A DNA stretch of 64,000 bases. Source: Rickettsiales bacterium. GTDB taxonomy: Bacteria > Pseudomonadota > Alphaproteobacteria > Rickettsiales > UBA1997. Location of the stretch: contig JBDOIV010000013.1 in the NCBI GenBank assembly GCA_047404215.1, forward strand, positions 794 to 64,793. Reading direction: 5' to 3'. The position numbers and the translations under genes were made by a program. Under the pieces are notes generated by a model. The model was not told the origin of the DNA and did no database searches. It worked only from the letters and a program-made list of their open reading frames with translations. Shown piece after piece: positions 1 through 9,776 of the stretch. Each line of letters starts with the position of its first letter. Positions within the stretch are counted from its first letter, which is position 1.

Positions 1-40
1 ACCTGTGGGTTTGCACAATATTAATCAAAAATATAAAAGT

Positions 41-247
41 ATGCCAAAAATAAAAACGAATAGTAGTGCTAAAAAGAGATTTAAAGTAACTGCTTCTGGT
101 AGAGTTAAGTATAAACAAGCCGGAAAACGCCATAACCTAGGTAGAAAAAGCCAATCTCGTATTAGAAAGCTTAGAAAGTCCGCTATAATGGATAAGAGCT
201 TTGGTGAGAATGTGGTTTCTTTTTATTTGCCTTACAAGAAAAAATAG
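41..247 (+). CDS. rpmI: 50S ribosomal protein L35
   Basis: MPKIKTNSSAKKRFKVTASG signature; ATG at 41 preferred over the ORF-track start; upstream of rplT. Confidence 0.97.
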   Translation: MPKIKTNSSAKKRFKVTASGRVKYKQAGKRHNLGRKSQSRIRKLRKSAIMDKSFGENVVSFYLPYKKK

Positions 248-292
248 GCAAAGACTATCGAAAAATTAATAATAATTTAATAATAAAAGGTT

Positions 293-652
293 ATGAGTAG
301 AGTAAAAAAAGGTGTTATAAAAAAAGCTAGACACAAAAAGATATTAAAAATGGCTAAAGGCTATAGAGGCCGTGCTAAAAGTTGTTTCAGAATTGCGATT
401 CAAAGAGTTGAGAAAGCTTTGCAATATGCATATAGAGACAGAAGAAACAAAAAAAGAGATTTTCGCGCTCTTTGGATTCAAAGAATCAATGCTGCTGTTA
501 GAAGTGAGGGTTTGGTATATTCTAAGTTTATCAACGGACTAAAGATTGCTAAGATAGATATTGATAGAAAAATATTGGCTGATTTAGCTGTTAAAGAGCC
601 TGAAGTTTTTAGTCAAATCGTATCAAAAGCAAAAGACGCTTTAAAAAAATAG
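293..652 (+). CDS. rplT: 50S ribosomal protein L20
   Basis: MSRVKKGV...AKGYRG...[24 protein letters not shown]. Confidence 0.98.
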   Translation: MSRVKKGVIKKARHKKILKMAKGYRGRAKSCFRIAIQRVEKALQYAYRDRRNKKRDFRALWIQRINAAVRSEGLVYSKFINGLKIAKIDIDRKILADLAVKEPEVFSQIVSKAKDALKK

Positions 653-750
653 CGAATAAGGTTGGTATATAAAGTTTTAGCTTTGACAAATTAAATAGTT
701 TATTTATAATTGTCGATATATGGCTATTAAAAGTAAATTAATAACTTGCA

Positions 751-1242
751 ATGTCACTAAAACTTTATAGCGCTCTAATAAAAAAAGACGTCAACAATAA
801 AATAGAAGACATATCCTTGATTAAAGGTAATTTTTCAGTGTCTGCATTCCTATTTTCTTTTTTTTGGTTTTTGTGTCATGCAATGTGGAAGATTGCCGCG
901 ATATTTCTTGTTGTTGAGGTATTATTGATAAAACTATCTGGCCTTGACTATCTTAACTTTTCGGAAATACTTTTGCTGCAAATCATCGTATTATGTTTGA
1001 TTGGGTTGAATGCTACCAATCTATATAGCAAACATCTGCAAAACCGTAAAGGGTATGATATGATGGGTTATGTTTTGGCTGAAAACGAAGAAGAGGCAAG
1101 ACTGAAAGCTATGAAAAGTTGGCATCGAAATTCACCAGACTTAAGCTTTGATGAATTTAGTGAAGATGTAATTGACCCTGACTTTTATTTAAAATCGATC
1201 ATGACTAACAGAGGTTGGTTTAAAAGAAAAAATCGTAATTAG
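751..1242 (+). CDS. DUF2628-like membrane protein
   Basis: FSVSAFLFSFFWFLCHAMW motif plus hydrophobic segments; this family commonly sits next to hisH in Alphaproteobacteria. Confidence 0.65.
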   Translation: MSLKLYSALIKKDVNNKIEDISLIKGNFSVSAFLFSFFWFLCHAMWKIAAIFLVVEVLLIKLSGLDYLNFSEILLLQIIVLCLIGLNATNLYSKHLQNRKGYDMMGYVLAENEEEARLKAMKSWHRNSPDLSFDEFSEDVIDPDFYLKSIMTNRGWFKRKNRN

Positions 1243-1890
1243 ATGAGTAATAACCTAAAGCTAGCGATAATAGATTACGGTTCTGGTAACCTGAAGTCAG
1301 TTTATAACGCTTTTGTGAATTTGAATATATTTAAAGAGGTTTTTGTTTGTCAAGACAGGGGTGATTTGGATGAAGCTAGTCATATTGTTTTGCCAGGAGT
1401 TGGAGCTTTTGCTGACTGCATGGAGGGTTTACATAAAAAGGTAGGTTTAATAACAGAATTAAAAAATCAAATTTTGACTGCTAAGAAGCCTTTTTTAGGA
1501 ATATGTGTCGGTATGCAGGTGATGGCTGATTTTGGATATGAAAATGAAACTTCTAAAGGTTTGGGATTGATATCGGGTCAGGTGGAGTCAATAACTAAAG
1601 CCTCTGATTTTGATCAAAATAAGTATAAAATACCGCAAATAGGCTGGAATAATCTAGAAAAAATTAGTGAGCATCAGGTTTTGTCTGGCGTACAAGAAGG
1701 TGATGATGTTTATTTTGCTAATAGTTATAGATTTATTGTTAAAAATGATAATAATGTTATAGCAAAAGTAGACTATGGTTGTCAAGTTAACGCTATAATT
1801 GCTCAAGATAACTTATTAGGTATTCAGTTCCATCCAGAAAAATCAGGAGAAGTTGGATTAAAAATATTAAAAAACTTTGTGAATTTGTAA
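1243..1890 (+). CDS. hisH: Imidazole glycerol phosphate synthase glutamine amidotransferase subunit
   Basis: IIDYGSGNL, LPGVGAF, GICVGMQ, QFHPEKS motifs. Confidence 0.96.
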   Translation: MSNNLKLAIIDYGSGNLKSVYNAFVNLNIFKEVFVCQDRGDLDEASHIVLPGVGAFADCMEGLHKKVGLITELKNQILTAKKPFLGICVGMQVMADFGYENETSKGLGLISGQVESITKASDFDQNKYKIPQIGWNNLEKISEHQVLSGVQEGDDVYFANSYRFIVKNDNNVIAKVDYGCQVNAIIAQDNLLGIQFHPEKSGEVGLKILKNFVNL

Positions 1891-1892
1891 AA

Positions 1893-3008
1893 ATGACAGT
1901 AAAACCGCAAGCACATAATTATTTAAAAGATATTAAGAGTTATAAACCAGGAAAAGATAGGATTGAAGGGGTGCAAGAAGATGTTAAGGTGATTAAGCTA
2001 TCTTCAAATGAAAATCCTTTAGGGTCAAGTTTGAAAGCTATTACAGATTATAAGGAGCATGCTGGTGATTTGCCAATTTACGCCGATGGAGCTTGTACTA
2101 ATCTAAGGCAAAAAATAGCGCAAAAATATAACATAGATAGCGCAAAAATAGTTTGCGGTGCGGGTTCTGATGAGATATTGTACATGTTAGCAAGTGCTTA
2201 TGCTGGAGTTGGTGATGAAGTTATTCACTCTAAGCACGGATTTTTAATGTACGGTATTAGCGCAAAAAGAGTTGGGGCATCGGTGGTTGTAGTTGATGAA
2301 AAAAACCTCAAAGCTGATGTTGATGAAATTATTGCTGCGGTTACTGACAAAACTAAAATAATATTCTTAGCAAACCCTAACAACCCTACTGGTTCATACT
2401 TAACCAATAATGAAGTCGAAAAACTAATCAATAATATTCGTCAAGATGTTTTGATAGTGCTCGACCATGCTTATGATGAATATGTTATTGATAAAAAAGA
2501 CTATCCAGATGCAATAAGACTAGTGAATGAGAATAAAAATGTAATCATGACACGAACTTTTTCAAAGATTCACGGTTTAGCTAGTCTAAGAATTGGTTGG
2601 TGTTACGCTGATGTAGAGGTAATCGATGTTTTGAATAAGGTTCGTGGTCCGTTTAATGTTGGTGGACCAGCTCAAGTTGCTGCTGCAAAAGCTATTACAG
2701 ACGAGGACTTTATGAGGAATTCTGCTGAACATAACCTAAAATGGCTGGATAAATATTTTGATTTTTGCCAAGGTCTGAATAATATTAAAGCTTATGATTC
2801 AGTTGCAAATTTTATTTTATTTAACTTTGGTAGCGAGAAAAATGCTGAGATAGCAAATGAAGAGTTTTTGAAAAATGGTGTAATTGTTAGAAAGGTAGCT
2901 GCTTATTTATTGCCAGACTGTTTGAGAATCACTGTTGGCAGTGACCAAGATAATGAAAAAGTGATAAAGCTGCTAAAACAGATAGATCAAATGATTAACA
3001 AAGCGTAG
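1893..3008 (+). CDS. hisC: Histidinol-phosphate aminotransferase
   Basis: KLSSNENP, GAGSDE, NPNNPTG, RTFSK-x-GLASLRIG PLP motif. Confidence 0.95.
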   Translation: MTVKPQAHNYLKDIKSYKPGKDRIEGVQEDVKVIKLSSNENPLGSSLKAITDYKEHAGDLPIYADGACTNLRQKIAQKYNIDSAKIVCGAGSDEILYMLASAYAGVGDEVIHSKHGFLMYGISAKRVGASVVVVDEKNLKADVDEIIAAVTDKTKIIFLANPNNPTGSYLTNNEVEKLINNIRQDVLIVLDHAYDEYVIDKKDYPDAIRLVNENKNVIMTRTFSKIHGLASLRIGWCYADVEVIDVLNKVRGPFNVGGPAQVAAAKAITDEDFMRNSAEHNLKWLDKYFDFCQGLNNIKAYDSVANFILFNFGSEKNAEIANEEFLKNGVIVRKVAAYLLPDCLRITVGSDQDNEKVIKLLKQIDQMINKA

Positions 3009-3012
3009 AAGA

Positions 3013-3624
3013 ATGTTTAATTTTTCAGATCCAGATCATCAACATCTTGTATATTATATCATATTGCTAGTATTTTTGATATCTGGTTTTGTTGTAGGTA
3101 GAAAAATAAACTTTTCACAATCGTTAAAATATATTGCGATATGGCTTGGGATTGCTTTTGTGGTTATTGTTTTATATTCTTATCGATTTGAATTTTCTGA
3201 CTTTAAAAATAGAGTTTTAGGAGAGATTTCTCCAATGACAGCTCTACATGATCAAGAGGGTAGGGTTATTATTAATATGTCTCGAGATGGTCATTTTTAC
3301 ATCAATATTAAAGTAAATGGTCAAATGGTTAGATTTTTGGTTGATACTGGTGCTTCAGATACTGTTTTAAATGTTAAAGATGCAAGAAAGGTGGGGATAA
3401 ATTTCAGAAAATTAATATTTAATAAAAGATATAGCACTGCCAATGGTTTTGTGATGGGAGCTTCAACCACAATAGCAGAAATGAAAGTAGGGGATATAGT
3501 GTTTTATGACGTTGAGGCTTCGGTTAATGGCGCTGATTTGGATACATCTTTGTTGGGAATGAGCTTCTTGAGTAAGTTTACAAGATACGAATTCTTTCAA
3601 GGTAAATTAATATTGAAAAGATAG
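3013..3624 (+). CDS. Clan AA (retropepsin-like) aspartic protease, TIGR02281 type
   Basis: Two N-terminal TM helices, DGHF, FLVDTGAS, SLLGMSFL. Confidence 0.9.
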   Translation: MFNFSDPDHQHLVYYIILLVFLISGFVVGRKINFSQSLKYIAIWLGIAFVVIVLYSYRFEFSDFKNRVLGEISPMTALHDQEGRVIINMSRDGHFYINIKVNGQMVRFLVDTGASDTVLNVKDARKVGINFRKLIFNKRYSTANGFVMGASTTIAEMKVGDIVFYDVEASVNGADLDTSLLGMSFLSKFTRYEFFQGKLILKR

Positions 3625-3637
3625 GGGATATCAAGAA

Positions 3638-4363
3638 ATGTCTTTAAAAGATCAAAATATATGGTTAAATATTAATAAGCCAGCTGGTTTAAGCTCGGCA
3701 AAAGTGGTGTCAATTATCAAAAGACACTGTAAAGCAAAGAAGGTTGGTCATGGGGGCACTTTGGATGTGATGGCTGACGGGGTATTGCCAATTGCTTTAA
3801 ATAGAGCTACCAAAACCTCAAACGAGATGATGGCAGAAAAGAAAAAATACTTCTTTAGAATTAAGTGGGGAGCGTTTACAGATACCGATGATGCTGAAGG
3901 TAAGGTAATTGAGGAGTCTGACAGCAGGACAAGTAGTAGCGCTATATCAGCAATATTACTTGATTTTTTAGGTGTGACAGAGCAAACCCCTTCAAAATTT
4001 TCTGCTTTAAAAATTAATGGCAAAAGGGCTTATGACTTGGCCCGAAAAGGGGTGGATTTTGAAATGAAATCTCGTGAAATTACTATTTATGGTATTAAAC
4101 TGATAAGCAACAATAGTGAGTTTGCTGATTTTGAGGTGGAGTGTTCAAAGGGAACTTACGTCAGGAGTTTAGCTAGAGACATTTGTCAAAAACTATCTCT
4201 ATGTGGACATGTTATTGTTTTAACAAGGCTTGTTGTTGGGGGTTTTAAGATCAAAAACTCGATAAACCCAAGAAAATTTGGTAATTTTGTTAGAAATAAC
4301 CGCGATATTGAGATAGAAAAAATAAAATGGATAAAAACCTTAAATATTTCTTGCAATAATTAA
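3638..4363 (+). CDS. truB: tRNA pseudouridine(55) synthase (short form, apparently without the C-terminal PUA domain)
   Basis: KVGHGGTLD, SALKINGKRAYDLAR, CSKGTYVRSLARD; truB-rpsO-pnp order. Confidence 0.95.
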   Translation: MSLKDQNIWLNINKPAGLSSAKVVSIIKRHCKAKKVGHGGTLDVMADGVLPIALNRATKTSNEMMAEKKKYFFRIKWGAFTDTDDAEGKVIEESDSRTSSSAISAILLDFLGVTEQTPSKFSALKINGKRAYDLARKGVDFEMKSREITIYGIKLISNNSEFADFEVECSKGTYVRSLARDICQKLSLCGHVIVLTRLVVGGFKIKNSINPRKFGNFVRNNRDIEIEKIKWIKTLNISCNN

Positions 4364-4379
4364 TGAGTAATGTTAGAAT
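4351..4379 (+). promoter_or_regulatory. Putative sigma70 promoter for rpsO-pnp
   Basis: TTGCAA-17 nt-TAGAAT. Confidence 0.5.
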
Positions 4380-4527
4380 AAAGCTCTGTAGTATAAAAAG
4401 ATGCTTACATTCGATGATTTTCTTAGTAAAGGTATATTCTTTAGATAAATAATAAATCGTTTTGTAGGTAGCTTGCAGTGTCGTTAATAATGAGATTAAC
4501 GGTTAATTAGTAATAATAAAATTAGAT

Positions 4528-4809
4528 ATGTCTGATAGAAAAAATATTAGAAAAGAAGAAAAGCAAGAAGTTATACAAAAATTTGTTGCTGATAAGAAAG
4601 ATAGTGGATCGGTTGAGGTTCAGGTTGCTATATTGACTTTAGAGATAAAAAACCTAACTGAGCACTTAAAAAGTCACAAGAAAGACTTTTCGTCAAGAAA
4701 AGGTCTGTTGATTAAAGTGGGTAGAAGAAGAAGTTTGTTAGACTATTTGAAAAAGAAATCTAATGATAGATATGAAGCCCTAATTAAGAAATTAGAGCTT
4801 AGAAAGTAA
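4528..4809 (+). CDS. rpsO: 30S ribosomal protein S15
   Basis: [13 protein letters not shown]...[12 protein letters not shown]...RRRSLLDYL. Confidence 0.97.
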   Translation: MSDRKNIRKEEKQEVIQKFVADKKDSGSVEVQVAILTLEIKNLTEHLKSHKKDFSSRKGLLIKVGRRRSLLDYLKKKSNDRYEALIKKLELRK

Positions 4810-4917
4810 GCTTTTAAAGCTTAAACGTTTTGCTATACCTTTCTTCATGAGATTTAAAAATGTTTTATGTTGTAAATTTGTGGTGATGTATTGAATTAAA
4901 TTAAAATTTATAAACCT

Positions 4918-7146
4918 ATGTTTAATGTTGTAAAAAAAGAAATCGAATGGGGTGGTAAAACTCTATCAATCGAAACAGGAAAAGTTGCTAGACAAGCTGG
5001 CGGATCAGTTGTTGTTAGTTATGGCGAGACTGTTGTTTTGGGTGCGGTCACGGTATCAAAAAAACCACTAACAGGGGTTGATTTTTTACCTATGACGGTA
5101 AATTATCTTGAAAAGTCTTACTCTGCGGGAAAAATTCCTGGTGGGTTTTTCAAAAGAGAAGCTAAACCTTCTGATAACGCCACTTTGACTTCAAGAATGA
5201 TCGATAGACCGATTCGTCCATTGTTTCCTTCAAGCTTTCATCATGAAATCAATGTAGTTTGTCAAATTTTATCATATGACGCAAGCGCTACTCCAGATGT
5301 GGTGGCAACTATTGCTGCATCTGCTGCCTTATCATTGTCAGAAGCTCCATTTGAAGGACCTATTGCTGGCGCTAGGGTTGGCTATATAAATGGTGAGTTT
5401 GCTCTAAACCCAAGCGCAGAAGAGTTGAAAGACAGTAGTCTTGATCTTATGGTTTCTGGTACTTCTGATTCAGTATTAATGGTAGAGTCTGAAGCTAAAC
5501 AACTAACAGAAGAGAAAATGTTGGAAGCTGTTAGTTTTGGTCACAAATCTTGTGCGCCAGTAATTGATATTATTAAAGAGTTGGTTTCTGAGGCTGGTAA
5601 AGAAAAAATTATAGTAGAAGAGGTGGATAATTCTGCTTTAATTGCTGAAATCTCTGAATTTAGTAAAAAAGACATTGAGTCTGCTTACAAAATTACCGCA
5701 AAGCAAGAAAGGGTTGAGGCTTTAACTAAAGTTAAAACCGAAGCTAAGGAAAAATTTGTTAGTGAAGAAAAAGGAGTTGATGAAAACAAAGTCGGTTCAG
5801 TTTTAAAGAAAGTTGAGCAAGAAGTTGTTCGTGGACAAATCTTGTCTGGATCTACTAGAATAGATGGTAGAAAAAGTAATGAAGTCAGACAAATTGAGAC
5901 TGAAACTTCAATGTTACCAAAAACTCATGGTTCAGCATTGTTTACCAGAGGGGAGACACAAGCTATTGTTGTTGCTACTTTAGGTTCTGACCGAGATGAG
6001 CAGATGGTTGAGACTTTAGATCCAGAAATTAGTAAAGAAAGATTCTTGCTTCACTATAACTTCCCACCATACTCGGTTGGTGAGGTTGGTAGATTGGGCG
6101 TTCCTGGAAGAAGAGAGATCGGTCATGGTAAATTAGCTTGGAGAAGTATTAATCCAGTATTGCCAAAAGATCAGGATGTATTTCCATATGTTACTAGAGT
6201 AGTTTCTGAAATTACCGAATCAAACGGTTCGTCTTCAATGGCTACTGTATGTGGTACTTCAATGGCTTTGATGGATGCTGGTGTTCCTTTGGATGCAGCA
6301 GTTTCTGGAATTGCTATGGGCTTGGTTAAGGACGGTGATAATTATGTTGTTCTTTCTGATATTATGGGTGACGAAGATCATCTTGGCGATATGGATTTCA
6401 AGGTTGCTGGTACTAGAAATGGTATAACTGCTTTGCAAATGGATATTAAAATCAAAGGTATTGATGCCAAAATCATGGAAGAGGCTTTAAAGCAGGCCAA
6501 TGAGGGTAGAAATCACATTCTTGATAGAATGGAAGCTACAATCAAAGAGCCTAACACTGAGCTTAATGCTAACATTCCAAGAGTTGAGACAATTACAATT
6601 GCTCAAGATAAGATTAAAGATATTATTGGCTCTAGAGGTAAGACTATTAAAGAAATCTGCGCTACTAGTGGTGCGGTTGTTGATGTTGATGACTCTGGAA
6701 CTGTCAAGGTTTCTGCTAATAATAATGACGCTATCCAAAAAGCGGTTTCTATGATTAATGAAATCTGTTTTGAGCCAGAGGTTGGTGATATTTTTGAAGG
6801 TGCGGTTGTTAAAATAATCGACGCTGGAGCATTCATCTCTATTTCTGAAAATAAAGATGGTTTTGTTCATATTTCAGAATTGGCAGAATACAGGGTTGAT
6901 TTTGTCGAAGACGTTATTAGCGAAGGTAAGGTTATCAAGGTAAAGGTTATTGGTTTTGATAAAAGAGGTAGACCAAAACTTAGCTACAGATGTGTTGATC
7001 AAGAAACAGGAGAAGATATATCTGACAAGTTAAACTTAGATAACGAAGAAGATAGACCTCCTAGAAAGGATCGCAAAGGCGGACGTGATAATAAAAAATC
7101 GGACGACGGCGATAAGCCAAAGAAAAAAAGAGGATTTTTTAGTTAA
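4918..7146 (+). CDS. pnp: Polyribonucleotide nucleotidyltransferase (PNPase)
   Basis: KIPGGFFKRE, FTRGETQ, RREIGHG, SNGSSSMA, DMDFKVAG, KH and S1 domains. Confidence 0.98.
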   Translation: MFNVVKKEIEWGGKTLSIETGKVARQAGGSVVVSYGETVVLGAVTVSKKPLTGVDFLPMTVNYLEKSYSAGKIPGGFFKREAKPSDNATLTSRMIDRPIRPLFPSSFHHEINVVCQILSYDASATPDVVATIAASAALSLSEAPFEGPIAGARVGYINGEFALNPSAEELKDSSLDLMVSGTSDSVLMVESEAKQLTEEKMLEAVSFGHKSCAPVIDIIKELVSEAGKEKIIVEEVDNSALIAEISEFSKKDIESAYKITAKQERVEALTKVKTEAKEKFVSEEKGVDENKVGSVLKKVEQEVVRGQILSGSTRIDGRKSNEVRQIETETSMLPKTHGSALFTRGETQAIVVATLGSDRDEQMVETLDPEISKERFLLHYNFPPYSVGEVGRLGVPGRREIGHGKLAWRSINPVLPKDQDVFPYVTRVVSEITESNGSSSMATVCGTSMALMDAGVPLDAAVSGIAMGLVKDGDNYVVLSDIMGDEDHLGDMDFKVAGTRNGITALQMDIKIKGIDAKIMEEALKQANEGRNHILDRMEATIKEPNTELNANIPRVETITIAQDKIKDIIGSRGKTIKEICATSGAVVDVDDSGTVKVSANNNDAIQKAVSMINEICFEPEVGDIFEGAVVKIIDAGAFISISENKDGFVHISELAEYRVDFVEDVISEGKVIKVKVIGFDKRGRPKLSYRCVDQETGEDISDKLNLDNEEDRPPRKDRKGGRDNKKSDDGDKPKKKRGFFS

Positions 7147-7158
7147 TCATAGGTAATT

Positions 7159-7392
7159 ATGGCAATATCCGAGGATAAATTAAAGCAGATATTAGAATTT
7201 AGTTTTAAGGACGCGGATATTGCTATTAAAGATCTTGTTGGTGACAATGACCACTACAGAGTTGAAATCAAGAGTAGTCAATTCAACAACAAATCAAGGA
7301 TAGAGCAGCATAAAATAGTTAACAAAGCCCTTGCGACCGAGCTTGAGGGTGAGTTGCATGCACTTCAGATTAAAACAATACCTAGTGATTAG
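7159..7392 (+). CDS. bolA: BolA/IbaG family protein
   Basis: GDNDHY...SRIEQHKIV...LHALQIKT; adjacent to grxD. Confidence 0.92.
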   Translation: MAISEDKLKQILEFSFKDADIAIKDLVGDNDHYRVEIKSSQFNNKSRIEQHKIVNKALATELEGELHALQIKTIPSD

Positions 7393-7467
7393 TTTAATTG
7401 GGCTATTGTCTTTTATAAAATCCATGGTATAATGAGTAGCTATAAAATAAATTAATTATTGTAAGTT

Positions 7468-7791
7468 ATGCAAAATATCTTTGAAAAAATTCAAGAACTG
7501 ATAGAGGAAAATAGAATAGTATTATTCATGAAGGGTAGTAAAGACTTTCCGCAATGTGGCTTTAGCGCCATGACTTGTCATATTTTGTCGCAATTAGGGG
7601 TTGATTTTGCGGACGTTAATGTTCTGGAGGATATGGAAATACGTCAAGGAATTAAAGAATTCTCCGATTGGCCAACAATACCGCAGCTATATATCGACGG
7701 TGAGTTTGTCGGTGGTTGCGACATAATTAAAGAGATGTTTGAAGAGGGCGAGATTCAAGAGTTGCTACAAAATAAAAATCTTATTACTTAA
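7468..7791 (+). CDS. grxD: Monothiol glutaredoxin Grx4
   Basis: FMKG...PQCGFS, WPTIPQLY, GGCDI. Confidence 0.96.
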   Translation: MQNIFEKIQELIEENRIVLFMKGSKDFPQCGFSAMTCHILSQLGVDFADVNVLEDMEIRQGIKEFSDWPTIPQLYIDGEFVGGCDIIKEMFEEGEIQELLQNKNLIT

Positions 7792-7806
7792 TTAAATAAT
7801 TGCAAA

Positions 7807-8727
7807 ATGAGCGAATTTGCAGTTGAAATCAGAGACTTAAACAAAATATATCAAAGCAAGCAGTTAAGGGTTCTGGACGATATTGATCTTAATATTAAAA
7901 AAGGCTCCTTCTTTGGGTTGTTGGGGCCAAATGGCGCCGGTAAGTCAACCCTCATTAATATTTTAGGCGGCATTGTTAAAAAAGATTGCGGTACGGTTAA
8001 AATAGCTGGCATTGATATTGACGATAATCAAAAACTTTCAAAGTTCAAAATCGGAATAGTGCCACAAGAGTTAATAGTTGATCCTTTTTTTAATGTTAGG
8101 GAGACTTTGGAGATTTATGCTGGTTATTTTGGGATTAGAAAAAAAGACAGAAAAACTGACGAAATTATAGCCGCTCTTGGTCTTGAGGATAAGATTGATG
8201 CAAAGCCAAGAACTTTATCGGGCGGAATGAAAAGAAGGTTGCTGGTGGCCAAGGCTTTGGTGCATAGCCCTGAAATTCTGGTTTTAGATGAGCCAACGGC
8301 TGGTGTTGACGTTGAGCTTAGAACTCAGCTTTGGGATTATGTTAAAAAACTAAATGAAAACGGTACCACTGTTATACTTACTACCCATTATTTAGAAGAA
8401 GCAGAAGAGTTGTGTGATGAGATCGCTGTCCTTAACAAGGGTAAGGTGGTTGCTAATGACAGTAAAGATAACTTAATGAATATTTTAAGTGAAAAGAAGG
8501 CGGTTATTTATCATAAAGCTCGAGACTTAACCAAGGAATTAAAGCTTCCAGATCATGTGGCAGTCAAGAGTCAGGAGAGTAATAAAATTTCTATCCAGTA
8601 CGATCCTAGAAAAATTGACGTTGTTAAGTTGTTTGATATGATTGCAGCATCTGGTGTTCAAATAGAAGACGTAACCACTTCACAAGCAGATTTAGAAGAG
8701 GTATTTAAATTCTTGATAAATAAATAA
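7807..8727 (+). CDS. ABC transporter ATP-binding protein (ABC-2/YadG-like)
   Basis: GPNGAGKST, LSGGMKRR, LDEPTAGVD, TTHYLEEAE; no permease adjacent. Confidence 0.92.
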   Translation: MSEFAVEIRDLNKIYQSKQLRVLDDIDLNIKKGSFFGLLGPNGAGKSTLINILGGIVKKDCGTVKIAGIDIDDNQKLSKFKIGIVPQELIVDPFFNVRETLEIYAGYFGIRKKDRKTDEIIAALGLEDKIDAKPRTLSGGMKRRLLVAKALVHSPEILVLDEPTAGVDVELRTQLWDYVKKLNENGTTVILTTHYLEEAEELCDEIAVLNKGKVVANDSKDNLMNILSEKKAVIYHKARDLTKELKLPDHVAVKSQESNKISIQYDPRKIDVVKLFDMIAASGVQIEDVTTSQADLEEVFKFLINK

Positions 8728-8728
8728 A

Positions 8729-9637
8729 ATGAAAAGTTTAGTTAGTATTGATGATTTATCTGTAAAGCAGGTTGTAAATATATATGACGTTGCATCTAAG
8801 ATAATGAAGGATGAAGAGGTTTATAAAGATAGCCTAAAGGGTAAGATATTGTTGAATTTTTTCTTTGAAAACTCTACTAGAACCAGGCTTTCTTTTGAGA
8901 TGGCGGCCAAAAAAATGGGAGCTAAGGTTACAAATATTGATGTTTCTTTGTCGTCATTAAAAAAAGGTGAGTTGATTGACGATATGGCAAAAACTATATC
9001 TGCCTTAAGCCCTGATTTTGTTACTATTAGACATAACTCTAGTGGCATAGTAAGTCTTTTAGATAAGGTTCTTGATGCTGGGGTTATCAATGCAGGAGAT
9101 GGCATGAACGAGCATCCAACGCAGGCCTTGCTGGATTGCTTTGTGATTAAACAAAAGAAAAAAAGTTTCAATAACCTTAAGGTTGCAATATGTGGCGATG
9201 TTTTGCACTCTAGGGTTGCTAGATCTAATCTGAAATTGTTATCGAAATTAGGAGCAAAGATTAATGTGGTAACATGTCCAACCATGACAACTTTTGGTTT
9301 TAAGGATTGGCTTAAGAAAAATTATGATGCAGAATTTTTTAGCTCTATTGAAGAGGGTGTTGTAAATTGTGACGTGGTGATGGTGTTAAGGATTCAAAGA
9401 GAGCGAATGATGGGCTCCTATATACCGTCGCTAGAGGAATATTATAAAGAGTATGGATTAAATAAAGATAGACTGGGCTATGCCAAAGATGATGTGATGA
9501 TTATGCATCCAGGTCCTATCAATAGAGATGTCGAAATCGCTACAGATTTAGTTGAAGATGTGAGGTGTACTGCTCTTGAGCAAATTGAGGCGGGCGTTTA
9601 TGTCAGAATGGCCTTGATGAGCTACTTGGATGATTAA
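8729..9637 (+). CDS. pyrB: Aspartate carbamoyltransferase catalytic subunit
   Basis: FFENSTRTR, NAGDG-x2-EHPTQALLD, HSRVARS, MHPGPINR. Confidence 0.96.
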   Translation: MKSLVSIDDLSVKQVVNIYDVASKIMKDEEVYKDSLKGKILLNFFFENSTRTRLSFEMAAKKMGAKVTNIDVSLSSLKKGELIDDMAKTISALSPDFVTIRHNSSGIVSLLDKVLDAGVINAGDGMNEHPTQALLDCFVIKQKKKSFNNLKVAICGDVLHSRVARSNLKLLSKLGAKINVVTCPTMTTFGFKDWLKKNYDAEFFSSIEEGVVNCDVVMVLRIQRERMMGSYIPSLEEYYKEYGLNKDRLGYAKDDVMIMHPGPINRDVEIATDLVEDVRCTALEQIEAGVYVRMALMSYLDD

Positions 9638-9650
9638 TTTTAAAAAATAC

Positions 9651-9679
9651 TTGAATTTGAAATTTATTTAGATTATAAT
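9651..9679 (+). promoter_or_regulatory. Putative sigma70 promoter for the decarboxylase-DHS pair
   Basis: TTGAAT-17 nt-TATAAT, followed by a leader with an ATCCC...GGGAT stem. Confidence 0.5.
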
Positions 9680-9776
9680 GCAATCCCTGATTGAGTTTTT
9701 GCTGATCATAAGCTGTTCTCTTTGGGGATTTTTATACTTTAGGGTTTATTTTTTGTAAAGACTTATTTTTTGAAAA

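Noticed and set aside
9678-9758. 26-codon hydrophobic ORF upstream of the decarboxylase (leader peptide?)
   Set aside because: Its ATG overlaps the predicted -10 box, so it would not be on the transcript
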